Shown here: positions 1 to 8,373 of the stretch, one piece after another | How the letters are laid out: each line of letters starts with the position of its first letter | Position numbering within the stretch: the first letter of the stretch is position 1 | Assembly: GCA_965226875.1 (NCBI GenBank) | Contig: OZ245439.1 | Coordinates: 3,382,316-3,446,315, forward strand | Reading direction: 5' to 3' | DNA: 64,000 nt | From: Dehalococcoidia bacterium | Lineage (GTDB): Bacteria; Chloroflexota; Dehalococcoidia; Lucifugimonadales; UBA3495 | Position numbers and translations under genes: made by a program | Notes under the pieces: model-generated | Database searches by the model: none | Told to the model about the DNA's origin: nothing | What the model saw: only the letters and a program-made list of their open reading frames with translations

Positions 1-2
1 TC

Positions 3-380
3 AGCCAGGACAGCGTGACCCGGCAGCCTTGGTTCCAGGGCGTGGAGCCGGGGGGCCACGACCGGATGCGGCTGTTTGGCCGCCACCTGCTCTCGCTGCT
101 GATGCAGGAGTCAGCGCATCGCCGACGGAGACAGGAACTGTTGGATGAAGCGGGTATGCTGGGCCAGGAATACGGCTCGGAAATGTCGGAGCGCAACGTG
201 GCCCTGACCGACACCGTTGAAGCCTTCGTCTTCTTCCGGACGATGGTGCTGGACACCGCACCCGCCGATTCCTGGGCGCGCATCCTGGAAACTTCCGACC
301 GGGTGCTGACCGGCGTTTGCTTATCATACCAACGGGCCGCCGAGTCCGGCGGTTCCCATCAAACAGCATCCCCCTCTTAA
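3..380 (+). CDS. hypothetical protein, 5' end cut by window edge
   Basis: ORF open to window start in this frame, TAA at 378-380; no family motif recognised. Confidence 0.3.
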   Translation, partial: SQDSVTRQPWFQGVEPGGHDRMRLFGRHLLSLLMQESAHRRRRQELLDEAGMLGQEYGSEMSERNVALTDTVEAFVFFRTMVLDTAPADSWARILETSDRVLTGVCLSYQRAAESGGSHQTASPS

Positions 381-409
381 ATAAGAAGGCCAGACAACGG
401 GCCGAGGGT

Positions 410-1516
410 ATGACTATGGACATGACCGACCGCAAGCTGCTCAACCTGATTCAAGGCCCTTTCCCCATGGTGGAGCAGCCCTACCTGGACCTGGCAGAAC
501 AACTGGAAACCACCGAGGAGGACGTGCTGGCGAGGCTCACCGAGCTTAGGCGGCAGAACGTCCTGCGTCAGATAAGCGCCATATTCGACACCCGGCGGCT
601 GGGCTACAAGACCACGCTGGTAGCGATGGCCTACGAGCCGGACAAGCTGCACCGGGCAGCGATGGAAATCAACCGCCACCCCGGCGTCAGTCACAACTAC
701 GCCCGCGAAGGCTCCTATTACAACCTCTGGTTCACCCTGGCCGTTCCCCCGGATCACGATTTGGAGGCCACGGCCAACCACATGGGCCGAAAGACCGGGG
801 CAGTGGAATCCCGCATCATGCCCACCATCCGCTTCTTCAAGATCGGCGTCAACTTCGACATGGTGAAGCAGCAGGGATCGTCCTACAACTTCAGCCCCGA
901 CGGGTTCGACAAGGCCGCGGCCGATAGCTGGAACAAGCCGCAGACCGTAACCGAGTGGGAGAAAGAGGCTATCCGCCAGATGCAGGAAGACCTGCCTCTG
1001 GTCTCCCGACCCTTCGACCCGCTTGCCGAACGGCTGGGCATCACCACCCCGCAGCTTTTTGCGCAGGCCGAGAACTTCCAGGAGCGCCGCATCATGCGCC
1101 GGTACAGCGCGGTGCTGCATCACCGTCGCTCCGGTTTCCGCTCCAACGCCATGATCGTCTGGAAGGTGCCGCCGGAACGCTCCGAGGAAGTGGGCCTGAT
1201 TATGGCCGGGCACAAGGCGGTTACTCACTGCTACGAGCGGCCCACCTTCCCCGACTGGCCCTACACTCACTTCACCATGGTTCACGCCACCACCCCGGAG
1301 GGCTGCGAGCAGTACAGCGACGAAATCGCCGAGGCCACCGGCATCAACGACCGGCTGGCCCTGTACAGCACCCGGGAATACAAGAAGACGCGCGTCCGCT
1401 ACTTCGTCCCCGATTATGACGACTATCTGGCGTCGGAGTCGCTGGTGGACCTGGACTCGGCGGAACTGGACGAAGAGGAAATTGAAGAAATGGCCCCGCT
1501 GGCCACTTCCGACTAG
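410..1516 (+). CDS. ahbAB: siroheme decarboxylase, fused AhbA/AhbB (NirD/L/G/H family) two-module protein
   Basis: Two tandem HTH + NirD-like modules (HPGVSHNYAREGSYYNLWFTLAVPP and HKAVTHCYERP...); ATG 410 chosen within ORF 317-1516; clustered with siroheme genes. Confidence 0.7.
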   Translation: MTMDMTDRKLLNLIQGPFPMVEQPYLDLAEQLETTEEDVLARLTELRRQNVLRQISAIFDTRRLGYKTTLVAMAYEPDKLHRAAMEINRHPGVSHNYAREGSYYNLWFTLAVPPDHDLEATANHMGRKTGAVESRIMPTIRFFKIGVNFDMVKQQGSSYNFSPDGFDKAAADSWNKPQTVTEWEKEAIRQMQEDLPLVSRPFDPLAERLGITTPQLFAQAENFQERRIMRRYSAVLHHRRSGFRSNAMIVWKVPPERSEEVGLIMAGHKAVTHCYERPTFPDWPYTHFTMVHATTPEGCEQYSDEIAEATGINDRLALYSTREYKKTRVRYFVPDYDDYLASESLVDLDSAELDEEEIEEMAPLATSD

Positions 1517-1540
1517 CGAGTAATGGCGGGGTGAGGAAAC

Positions 1541-1577
1541 GCCCTCACCCTGACCCTCTCCCAGAGAGAGAGGGAAC
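1541..1577. repeat. REP-like hairpin element, family 1 (GCCCTCACCCT + CCCTCTCCC-n-GGGAGAGGG), orientation B
   Basis: One of 9 copies seen by eye in this window; intergenic ahbAB/sirC. Confidence 0.7.
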
Positions 1578-1592
1578 TATGAGCGAGCTTCC

Positions 1593-2327
1593 ATGACCAC
1601 TTACTACCCCGTATACCTCAACCTGCGGGGCCGCCGCTGCGTCATCGTCGGCGGCGGGGCCGTGGCCGAGGGAAAAATCAGTCGCCTGCTCGATTCCGGC
1701 GCGAAGATCTGCGTCGTCAGCCCCGACGCGACAGCCGGCATCCGGCAGTTCGAGGCCAATGGCGCCGTGCGCTGGGAGCAGCGCACGTACCGGCCCGGCG
1801 ACCTTGAGGGCGCGTTCATCGCCATCGCCGCCACCAACGTCCGCGAGGTGAACCGGCGCATCTTCGAGGAGGCGGAAGAGCGGGGCGTCATGCTGAACGC
1901 CGTGGACGACCCGCCCAATTGCAGCTTCATCGCACCGTCCATCGTGCAGCGGGGGCCGGTGACGCTGGCCATATCCACCGGCGGCGTCTCCCCGGCCTTG
2001 GCGCGCAAGCTGCGGGAGTCCTTGCAGAATTCGGCTGAACTGGCATGGGCCGACCTGGCCGGCGTGATGGCCGTGGCCCGCTCTCACCTGCGGGAGGCGG
2101 GGCTGCTGTCCACCATTGACCCGCAACGCTGGCAGTGCTGCATCACACCCCAACTGCTGGCGATGGCGCAGGACGGGCGGCAGTCCGAGGCAACCGAGAA
2201 GCTGCTGGCCGGACTGACGGGCGACGACGGACGCGGCCTGTGCAACGACCCGACCGCCTGCCAGCCCCAAGGATGCCAACTGCGCCAAGCCCAACAAAAA
2301 TCTCCTCTCCCCTTGGGAGGGGGCTAG
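1593..2327 (+). CDS. sirC: precorrin-2 dehydrogenase / sirohydrochlorin ferrochelatase (SirC/Met8/CysG N-domain type)
   Basis: N-terminal Rossmann VIVGGGAVAEGK, PPNCSFIAPSIV and ISTGGVSPALARKLR motifs; last residues KSPLPLGGG and TAG stop are encoded by a REP copy. Confidence 0.75.
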   Translation: MTTYYPVYLNLRGRRCVIVGGGAVAEGKISRLLDSGAKICVVSPDATAGIRQFEANGAVRWEQRTYRPGDLEGAFIAIAATNVREVNRRIFEEAEERGVMLNAVDDPPNCSFIAPSIVQRGPVTLAISTGGVSPALARKLRESLQNSAELAWADLAGVMAVARSHLREAGLLSTIDPQRWQCCITPQLLAMAQDGRQSEATEKLLAGLTGDDGRGLCNDPTACQPQGCQLRQAQQKSPLPLGGG

Positions 2328-2336
2328 GGTGAGGGC
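2301..2336. repeat. REP-like hairpin element, family 1, orientation A
   Basis: CTCCTCTCCCCTTGGGAGGGGGCTAGGGTGAGGGC; contains the sirC stop codon (2325-2327). Confidence 0.7.
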
Positions 2337-2343
2337 AACTTCC

Positions 2344-3300
2344 ATGACCCTCAATCGGCCCATTCGCGTCGGCAGCCGGGGCAGCCCCCTGGCCCTGATC
2401 CAGGACGACGAAGCCATCGCGCAGCTCAAGGCCCACCATCCGGGTCTGGAATTCGAGGTCGTAGTGGTGCGCACCAGCGGCGACGCCAACCAGACTGCGC
2501 CGCTGGCGGGCATGGGCTTGGGCGTGTTCGTCAGCGAGCTGGAAGAGCGTCTGCTTTCCGGTGACCTGGATATGGCCGTTCACAGCCTGAAGGATATGCC
2601 GACGAAGCTCCCCGACGGCCTGACCCTGGGAGCGATTCTGGAGCGCCGCGACGCCCGGGACGCTCTGGTGAACCGCTGGAACTGTCCGGTGGACCAACTC
2701 CCTGACGGCGCCCGCATCGGAACCAGCAGCCCGCGCCGCGCCGCGCAGCTGCGGCGTTACATCCCCAACGTGGAGGTTGTGCCCATCCGGGGCAACGTGG
2801 AGACGCGGCTGCGCAAGGCCGAGGGAGACGAGGCCGACGGGGCGGTGCTGGCCGCCGCCGGGCTGGCCCGCCTGGGCATGAAGGATCGGGTGGCAGCCTA
2901 CCTGTCGCCGCAACGCTTCGTGCCGCCGCCGGGGCAGGGCGCGCTGGCCGTGGAGGTCCGGGCCGACGACCGCCGGATGCTGGACATCCTAAAGTCCATC
3001 GAGCACCCCGCCACCCGCTACGAGGTGACCGCCGAGCGGGCCTTCCTGGAGATCCTGGGCGGCGGCTGCTCCATCCCGGTGGGCGCCTACGCCCGGTGCA
3101 TGGGCCACGAGTTGCTGATGACCATCTTCCTCAGCAACCCCGAGGGCTCCCGTGTCTTCACCGCCAAGGTGGACGGCCTGAAGCACGACCCGAAACAGCT
3201 GGCCGGAGACGCCTACCTCGCGGTAGCCGAGCGCGGCGGCGCCGACCTGCTGGAGGGCGCCCGTCAACCGCAAGGCCCACCCGCGACTGAGAATCTCTAG
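2344..3300 (+). CDS. hemC: hydroxymethylbilane synthase (porphobilinogen deaminase)
   Basis: IRVGSRGSPLALIQ, MAVHSLKDMPT, GTSSPRRAAQL, RGNVETRL motifs; ATG 2344 preferred over GTG 2329. Confidence 0.9.
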   Translation: MTLNRPIRVGSRGSPLALIQDDEAIAQLKAHHPGLEFEVVVVRTSGDANQTAPLAGMGLGVFVSELEERLLSGDLDMAVHSLKDMPTKLPDGLTLGAILERRDARDALVNRWNCPVDQLPDGARIGTSSPRRAAQLRRYIPNVEVVPIRGNVETRLRKAEGDEADGAVLAAAGLARLGMKDRVAAYLSPQRFVPPPGQGALAVEVRADDRRMLDILKSIEHPATRYEVTAERAFLEILGGGCSIPVGAYARCMGHELLMTIFLSNPEGSRVFTAKVDGLKHDPKQLAGDAYLAVAERGGADLLEGARQPQGPPATENL

Positions 3301-3328
3301 TCTGTATTTGGAAACAGGGTTGTAACTG

Positions 3329-4897
3329 TTGGTTGGCAAAGTCTACCTCATCGGCGCGGGGCCCGGGGACCCGGGACTGCTGACCGTCAAGGGCCGCGAG
3401 GCGCTGGAGCGGGCGGACGTCGTCGTCTACGACCGGCTGGCCCACCCGTCGCTGCTGGACCACGCGCCGCCTTCCGCCGAGCGGGTCTTCGCGGGCAAGG
3501 CGAGGGGGCAGCAGGAGCTGACCCAGGACGGCATCAACGACCTGCTGGTGGAGCGGGCGCGAGCCGGGCTGCGCGTGGCGCGGCTCAAGGGCGGCGACCC
3601 CTTCGTCTTCGGGCGCGGCGGCGAGGAGGCCCTGGCCCTGGCCCGCTGCGGCATCCCCTTCGAGGTGGTGCCGGGCGTCTCGTCGGCGGTGGCCGCTCCG
3701 GCCTATGCCGGCATCCCCGTCACCCACCGGGGCATCGCCGCCGGGTTCACCGTGGTCAGCGGCAGCGAAGACCCGTCCAAGCCCGAATCGTCGGTGCACT
3801 GGGAGGAGCTGGCCCGCTCGCTGGCCGCCCACGGCGGAACGCTGATGACGTTGATGGGCTGGGCCTCCATCGAAAAGATTCTGGAAGCGCTGCAACGGGC
3901 CGGATTGTCCGCCGATACGCCGGTGGCCCTGGTGCAGTGGGGCACCTGGAACCGTCAGAGAACAGTGACCGGAACGCTGGCCACCGCCGCCGCCAAGGGC
4001 CGCGACGCCGGGTTGGCCGCTCCGGTAGTGGCGGTCATCGGCGAGGTAGTGCGCCTCCGCGAGGAGCTGGCCTGGTTCGACAACCGTCCGCTGTTCGGCC
4101 AGCGCGTGCTGGTCACCCGCTCCCGCACCCAGGCGTCGCGGATGTGCGAGCTGCTGGAGGACGCCGGGGCAACGGCCGTGGAGCTGCCCGCCATCGCCAT
4201 CGCTCCACCCGAGGATTTCGCGCCGCTGGACGACGCTGTGGCGCGCCTGTCGTCCTTCGGGTGGGTCATTTTTGCCAGCGTCAACGCCGTGGACTCCGCG
4301 TTCGAGCGGCTGTACGCGCAGGGGCTGGACGCCCGCGCCTTCGGGTCGGCCCGCGTCGGCGCCATCGGCCCCGCCACCACCGAAGCGCTGGAGCGGCGCG
4401 GCATCCGCCCCGACTTCACGCCGACGCGCCCGGTGTCGGCAGCGGCGCTGGAAGAACTGACGGCCTACGATTGGAGCGGCGTCCCGGTGCTGTTGCCCGC
4501 CGCCGACATAGGCCGCGACGAACTGGCCGATGGCCTGTCCCGCCTCGGCGCGGACATTGAGCGGGTGACCGCCTACCGCACCGTCACGCCGCCGGACGCG
4601 GCACAGCGGGCGCGGGACGCCTTCGCCAACGGCATAGACATCGTGACCTTCACCAGCTCATCCACAGTCCGCAACCTGCTGGCCCTGTTGGAAGAGGGCG
4701 GCGGGAAGGGCCGGGAGGCGCTGAACGGCAGCCTGGTCGCCTGCATCGGCCCGGTCACCGCCGGCACCGCCCGCGAGCTGGGCCTGCGGGTAGACATCGA
4801 GGCCGTGGAGCACACTGTCGACGGGCTGGCCGACGCCCTGACGCAGCACTTCACCGCAGCCAAGTCCGCCAATCCTGTTAATCCCTCAATTCTGTAA
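3329..4897 (+). CDS. cobA-hemD: uroporphyrinogen-III C-methyltransferase fused to uroporphyrinogen-III synthase
   Basis: N-half VYLIGAGPGDPGLLT...RLKGGDPFVFGRGGEE (TP-methylase); C-half HemD-like; TTG start at 3329. Confidence 0.9.
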   Translation: MVGKVYLIGAGPGDPGLLTVKGREALERADVVVYDRLAHPSLLDHAPPSAERVFAGKARGQQELTQDGINDLLVERARAGLRVARLKGGDPFVFGRGGEEALALARCGIPFEVVPGVSSAVAAPAYAGIPVTHRGIAAGFTVVSGSEDPSKPESSVHWEELARSLAAHGGTLMTLMGWASIEKILEALQRAGLSADTPVALVQWGTWNRQRTVTGTLATAAAKGRDAGLAAPVVAVIGEVVRLREELAWFDNRPLFGQRVLVTRSRTQASRMCELLEDAGATAVELPAIAIAPPEDFAPLDDAVARLSSFGWVIFASVNAVDSAFERLYAQGLDARAFGSARVGAIGPATTEALERRGIRPDFTPTRPVSAAALEELTAYDWSGVPVLLPAADIGRDELADGLSRLGADIERVTAYRTVTPPDAAQRARDAFANGIDIVTFTSSSTVRNLLALLEEGGGKGREALNGSLVACIGPVTAGTARELGLRVDIEAVEHTVDGLADALTQHFTAAKSANPVNPSIL

Positions 4898-4928
4898 ATC
4901 CTGATTCAGGCATAGGGAGAATGTCGCC

Positions 4929-5915
4929 ATGACCGGATACAACGCCTATCCCGAGACCCGCCTGCGCCGACTGCGCGGCAGCGACCCACTCCGCAACCTG
5001 GTCCGGGAGACCCGCCTGTCGCCCAAGGAGTTCATCTATCCCATGTTCGTGATGCACGGCCACGGGGTGCGCGAACCCATCGAGCCGATGCCGGGCTGCT
5101 ACCAAGTGTCGCTGGACGTGATGTCTGAGGAAGTGGGCGAGGTGGCGGAACTGGGCATTGGCGGCGTACTGCTCTTCGGACTGCCCGCCGAGAAGGACCC
5201 GCTGGGCCTCGAGGGCTACGACCCCGAGGGCATCGTGCAGGAGGCGGTGCGCGTCATCAAGCGCGACCACCCGGAGATGCTGGTGTCCACCGACGTGTGC
5301 ATGTGCGAGTACACCGACCACGGCCATTGCGGCGTCATCGACAACGGCCGGGTGGACAACGACGCCACGCTGGAACTGCTGGCCCGGACGGCGCTGTCCC
5401 ACGTACAGGCCGGGGCCGACCTGCCAGCGCCATCGGCCATGATGGACGGCCAGGTGTGGGCCATCCGGCAGGCCCTCAACGCCAACGGTTACGACGACAC
5501 GCCCATCATGGGCTACGCCGCCAAGTTCGCGTCTGCCTTCTACGGCCCCTTCCGCATCGCCGCAGGCTCGACGCCTCAGTTCGGCGACCGCAAGACCTAC
5601 CAGATGGATCCGGCCAACTCGCGCATGGCCATGCGTGAGATCGAAAGCGACATCGCCGAGGGCGCCGACATCGTGATGGTGAAACCCGCCATGGCCTACA
5701 TGGACGTGATCCGCGAGGCCCGCGAGCGCTTCAACCACCCACTGGCCGCCTACAACGTCAGCGGCGAGTACTCGATGGTCAAGGCCGCAGGCCAGCAGGG
5801 CTGGATCGACGAGCGCCCGATCACCACCGAACTGCTCACCGGCATCAAGCGCGCCGGCGCCGACATCATCATCAGCTACTTCGCCAAGGACGTGGCCCGC
5901 TGGCAGCGGGAGTAG
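4929..5915 (+). CDS. hemB: porphobilinogen synthase (ALA dehydratase)
   Basis: RLRRLR N-terminus, DVCMCEYTDHGHCG metal site, VKPAMAYMD, YNVSGEYSM motifs. Confidence 0.92.
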   Translation: MTGYNAYPETRLRRLRGSDPLRNLVRETRLSPKEFIYPMFVMHGHGVREPIEPMPGCYQVSLDVMSEEVGEVAELGIGGVLLFGLPAEKDPLGLEGYDPEGIVQEAVRVIKRDHPEMLVSTDVCMCEYTDHGHCGVIDNGRVDNDATLELLARTALSHVQAGADLPAPSAMMDGQVWAIRQALNANGYDDTPIMGYAAKFASAFYGPFRIAAGSTPQFGDRKTYQMDPANSRMAMREIESDIAEGADIVMVKPAMAYMDVIREARERFNHPLAAYNVSGEYSMVKAAGQQGWIDERPITTELLTGIKRAGADIIISYFAKDVARWQRE

Positions 5916-6045
5916 CCTCTATCGGGCCAGCTCTCCATTCCCCTCCGCGAAGGGCGAGGGCCATCACGCCTTTGGCGAGCTGCTGAAGCCGGGCGCGCTG
6001 GCCTACCCGGTTGCAGGCGGCGGCCCGTGATGTCGGGAAAATGTC

Positions 6046-6223
6046 CTAGAAGTCTGGCCGGAAAGCCATTGGCCGGGTTTTGCGCTACGCAAAGCAGACG
6101 TATTCCAGTCTGATATAGCATGATAGTGCACGTAATACGTTGCAACACCCACTATTTAATCGATAATCGACGTTAAGAAAACGACGGCTTGGGGAGAATC
6201 GGGGTTTCCGGCCAGACTTCTAG
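6046..6223. mobile_element. MITE-like element, family A, copy 1 (178 bp, ~19-bp terminal inverted repeats CTAGAAGTCTGGCCGGAAA)
   Basis: Near-identical (roughly 85-90 percent by eye) reverse-complement copy at 59132-59309; no ORF; CTAG termini. Confidence 0.8.
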
Positions 6224-6231
6224 GGCCGAGG

Positions 6232-6678
6232 CTAGCCGGGGCTGACCGTTTCCCCTCCAACCCCCGAATCGAACTCCACCGACTCGCCGGGGTTGACCTT
6301 GAACAAGCTATCGCTCGGCTCCTCCTCGGGTTTGGTCTGGGGACGCTGCACCACGCGGACTCCCAGCGTTGCCAGCATACTGTCAATGCGCTCCACGGGG
6401 CCGTCAGCCGCCGCCGTCTCCTGACGCAGGGCCAGCAGTTCTGAAGTCATCTGCAGGGCCAGTTGCACGCCCGACAGGTTCAGGCCCATGTCATCCACGA
6501 AGTGCTTTATCAGCCGCAGTCGGGCCACGTCCTCGTCGGAATATGTGCGCAACGCGCCCATCCGCAGCGGCACGACGAACCCGGCGCGCTCGTACTTGCG
6601 CAGCGTCTGCGGGTGCATATCCAGCGTATCCGCCACCACGCTTATCAGGTAGATGCCCCGCGTCTGCTGCGTCGTCAT
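6232..6678 (-). CDS. hspR: MerR-family heat-shock repressor HspR
   Basis: YLISVVADTLDMHPQTLRKYERAGFVVPLR...YSDEDVARLRLIKHFV typical of HspR; divergent from hsp20; ATG 6678 chosen within ORF 6232-6741. Confidence 0.75.
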   Translation of the reverse strand: MTTQQTRGIYLISVVADTLDMHPQTLRKYERAGFVVPLRMGALRTYSDEDVARLRLIKHFVDDMGLNLSGVQLALQMTSELLALRQETAAADGPVERIDSMLATLGVRVVQRPQTKPEEEPSDSLFKVNPGESVEFDSGVGGETVSPG

Positions 6679-6834
6679 GCTCTGCTTCCTCCCGCGATGC
6701 CAAGACTCAATCCAAGCCCCTCGCCGAACAGCTCGCGGCATACCTGTTTTATACCTGCATGGAAGGGGTTTGTCAACGTCATATCCAAATAATCACACGT
6801 TGCAACTCATCTTATGACCATTTCTGACAATAGA

Positions 6835-6864
6835 CTTGACACATATCATATCAACTACTATAGT
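6835..6864 (+). promoter_or_regulatory. sigma70-like promoter (TTGACA 6836-6841, 17-bp spacer, TATAGT 6859-6864) overlapped by a HAIR-like inverted repeat CTTGACA-N7-TATCAAC (6835-6855)
   Basis: Read directly; core TTGA-N11-TCAA matches the geometry of the HspR operator consensus CTTGAGT-N7-ACTCAAG. Confidence 0.5.
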
Positions 6865-6893
6865 CTAATCATAAAGCAAGGAGGGATGAGGAT

Positions 6894-7076
6894 ATGGCAA
6901 AGACAGAGCTTCGGAATAGCCCGGCGGCAGTGGCGGAGAACAAGGCGCAGGAGTTGAGCGGCAAGGTGGCCCGGCAGGTGTCGGAGATCCTGGAAGAGGC
7001 CAGCCAGCGGGAGAAGGCTCCGCAGCCTGTCCTCGCCTACAGTGTGCCCGCCCCCGGCGTCCGCTACTACTTCTAG
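6894..7076 (+). CDS. small hypothetical protein (60 aa) between heat-shock promoter and hsp20
   Basis: AGGAGG upstream of ATG 6894; lies downstream of the strong promoter; no family recognised. Confidence 0.4.
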   Translation: MAKTELRNSPAAVAENKAQELSGKVARQVSEILEEASQREKAPQPVLAYSVPAPGVRYYF

Positions 7077-7169
7077 GGGGGCGTGCAGGCTCCCTCCCCC
7101 TCCGGGGAAAGGGTGGCGCAACACCGGCAACCATCAGATGAATCGAAATGGAATAGGAAGGAGAAAACC

Positions 7170-7649
7170 ATGATGTTGCAGCGAAGAAACCGCTTCAGCC
7201 CCTTCGGTGAACTACGGCAGATGCAGGACAACATGGACCGTATGTGGCGGCGTTTTGGCACTTCCCACCACGAGGACAACGGCGGTTCCGAGGCCTGGGC
7301 TGCTCCGCTTGACGTGGTGGGCGACGGCGACAATTTCATCGTCCGGGCCTCCATGCCTGGTGTGGGCCCCGACAACATCCAGGTGTCCATCGAGGACAAC
7401 GTCCTGACCATCCGGGGCGAAACCGCGTCCCACTTCGAAAGCGCCGAGGGTTCCTACCTGATGCGCGAGCGGCGCTCTGGCTCGTTCCACCGCTCCCTGC
7501 GCCTGCCCGACACGGTGGACCAGAACAAGGCGGAACCCCGCTACGAGCACGGCGTTCTGACCGTCACCCTGCCCAAGGCCGAGGCCAAGCGGGCCAAGCA
7601 GTTCGAGGTGAAGGTCGTGGAAGGCCCGGCTGCCATTCAGGCCAGCTAG
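7170..7649 (+). CDS. small heat shock protein, Hsp20/alpha-crystallin family
   Basis: AAPLDVVGDGDNFIVRASMPGV...SFHRSLRLP...GVLTVTLPK; AGGAAGGAG SD before ATG 7170. Confidence 0.9.
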   Translation: MMLQRRNRFSPFGELRQMQDNMDRMWRRFGTSHHEDNGGSEAWAAPLDVVGDGDNFIVRASMPGVGPDNIQVSIEDNVLTIRGETASHFESAEGSYLMRERRSGSFHRSLRLPDTVDQNKAEPRYEHGVLTVTLPKAEAKRAKQFEVKVVEGPAAIQAS

Positions 7650-7674
7650 ACCACAAACGCGGTACAGCGCGAGT

Positions 7675-7715
7675 AAATGTGTAGGGGCGGGTTTGAAACC
7701 CGCCCCTACACATTT
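7675..7715. repeat. perfect 20-1-20 palindrome (REP family 2, core GGGGCGGGTTTGAAACCCGCCCC), probable bidirectional terminator between hsp20 and sodN
   Basis: AAATGTGTAGGGGCGGGTTT-G-AAACCCGCCCCTACACATTT; second copy at 27495-27523. Confidence 0.6.
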
Positions 7716-7743
7716 ACCAGTAATCTACCCAGTCGCCTAAGAC

Positions 7744-8217
7744 CTACGCGCCGTAACGGGCGGCGGCCAGGGGGTCGCTGTACTCCTGGTTCTTGGTCGC
7801 CCAGAAGGCGGCGGCAATGTCGTCGCAGGTGGCCACCAGGTTCTCGGCGTTCTCCATGCTGACGGTCTGCTTGCACTGGCCGGCCAGCTTGATGGCGGCG
7901 TTGAACTTGGCCGCGATTTCACCGGCGTCGATGCCGGGCCAGGCATAGTCGGCCCAGAGGATGCGCAGCTCCTCCTTGCACTTCTCGGCGTGCTCTTCCT
8001 TCACCTGCACGTAGCGGTTGAAGGTGTTGGCGAAGGCCTGGTGCGCCGACATGTCGGAGCCGGGCGCCGGATGCTCCAGGTTCTGCATCCGCAGCACCAT
8101 CTTTTGCACAGTCTGCGCCGCAATCTTGGCCGAGATGGGGTCATAAATACCGCAGGGAATATCGCAATGAGCCTTGGCTACCGCAGGCTTGAACCACCCG
8201 ATGGGGTTGAACATCAT
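7744..8217 (-). CDS. sodN: nickel superoxide dismutase precursor
   Basis: Ni-hook HCDIPCGIYDP directly after a 16-aa propeptide MMFNPIGWFKPAVAKA. Confidence 0.88.
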   Translation of the reverse strand: MMFNPIGWFKPAVAKAHCDIPCGIYDPISAKIAAQTVQKMVLRMQNLEHPAPGSDMSAHQAFANTFNRYVQVKEEHAEKCKEELRILWADYAWPGIDAGEIAAKFNAAIKLAGQCKQTVSMENAENLVATCDDIAAAFWATKNQEYSDPLAAARYGA

Positions 8218-8373
8218 GCCCCTCCAAATTCAGAATCTCTCAGGTTATCGACCCATTGCCATCATGCGATAGCATCAATACGAGCCGCCCAAAAAGGTTA
8301 AAGGAAATCCGCCAGCGGCGCAACCCGTCGCCCGCTCGTGGCCTGGGCCAAAAGGAGCGTGCTAGACTGAATT

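Noticed and set aside
7675-7715. tRNA-like or T-arm-like sequence (GGGTTTGAAACCC)
   Set aside because: It is a perfect 41-bp palindrome with no acceptor, D or anticodon arms. It is repeated at 27495-27523, so it is a REP/terminator element.
7677-7946. Small ORFs 7677-7862 (+) and 7737-7946 (-) around the sodN 3' end
   Set aside because: They overlap the REP palindrome and the sodN coding region. They have Arg/Pro-rich composition and no start context.
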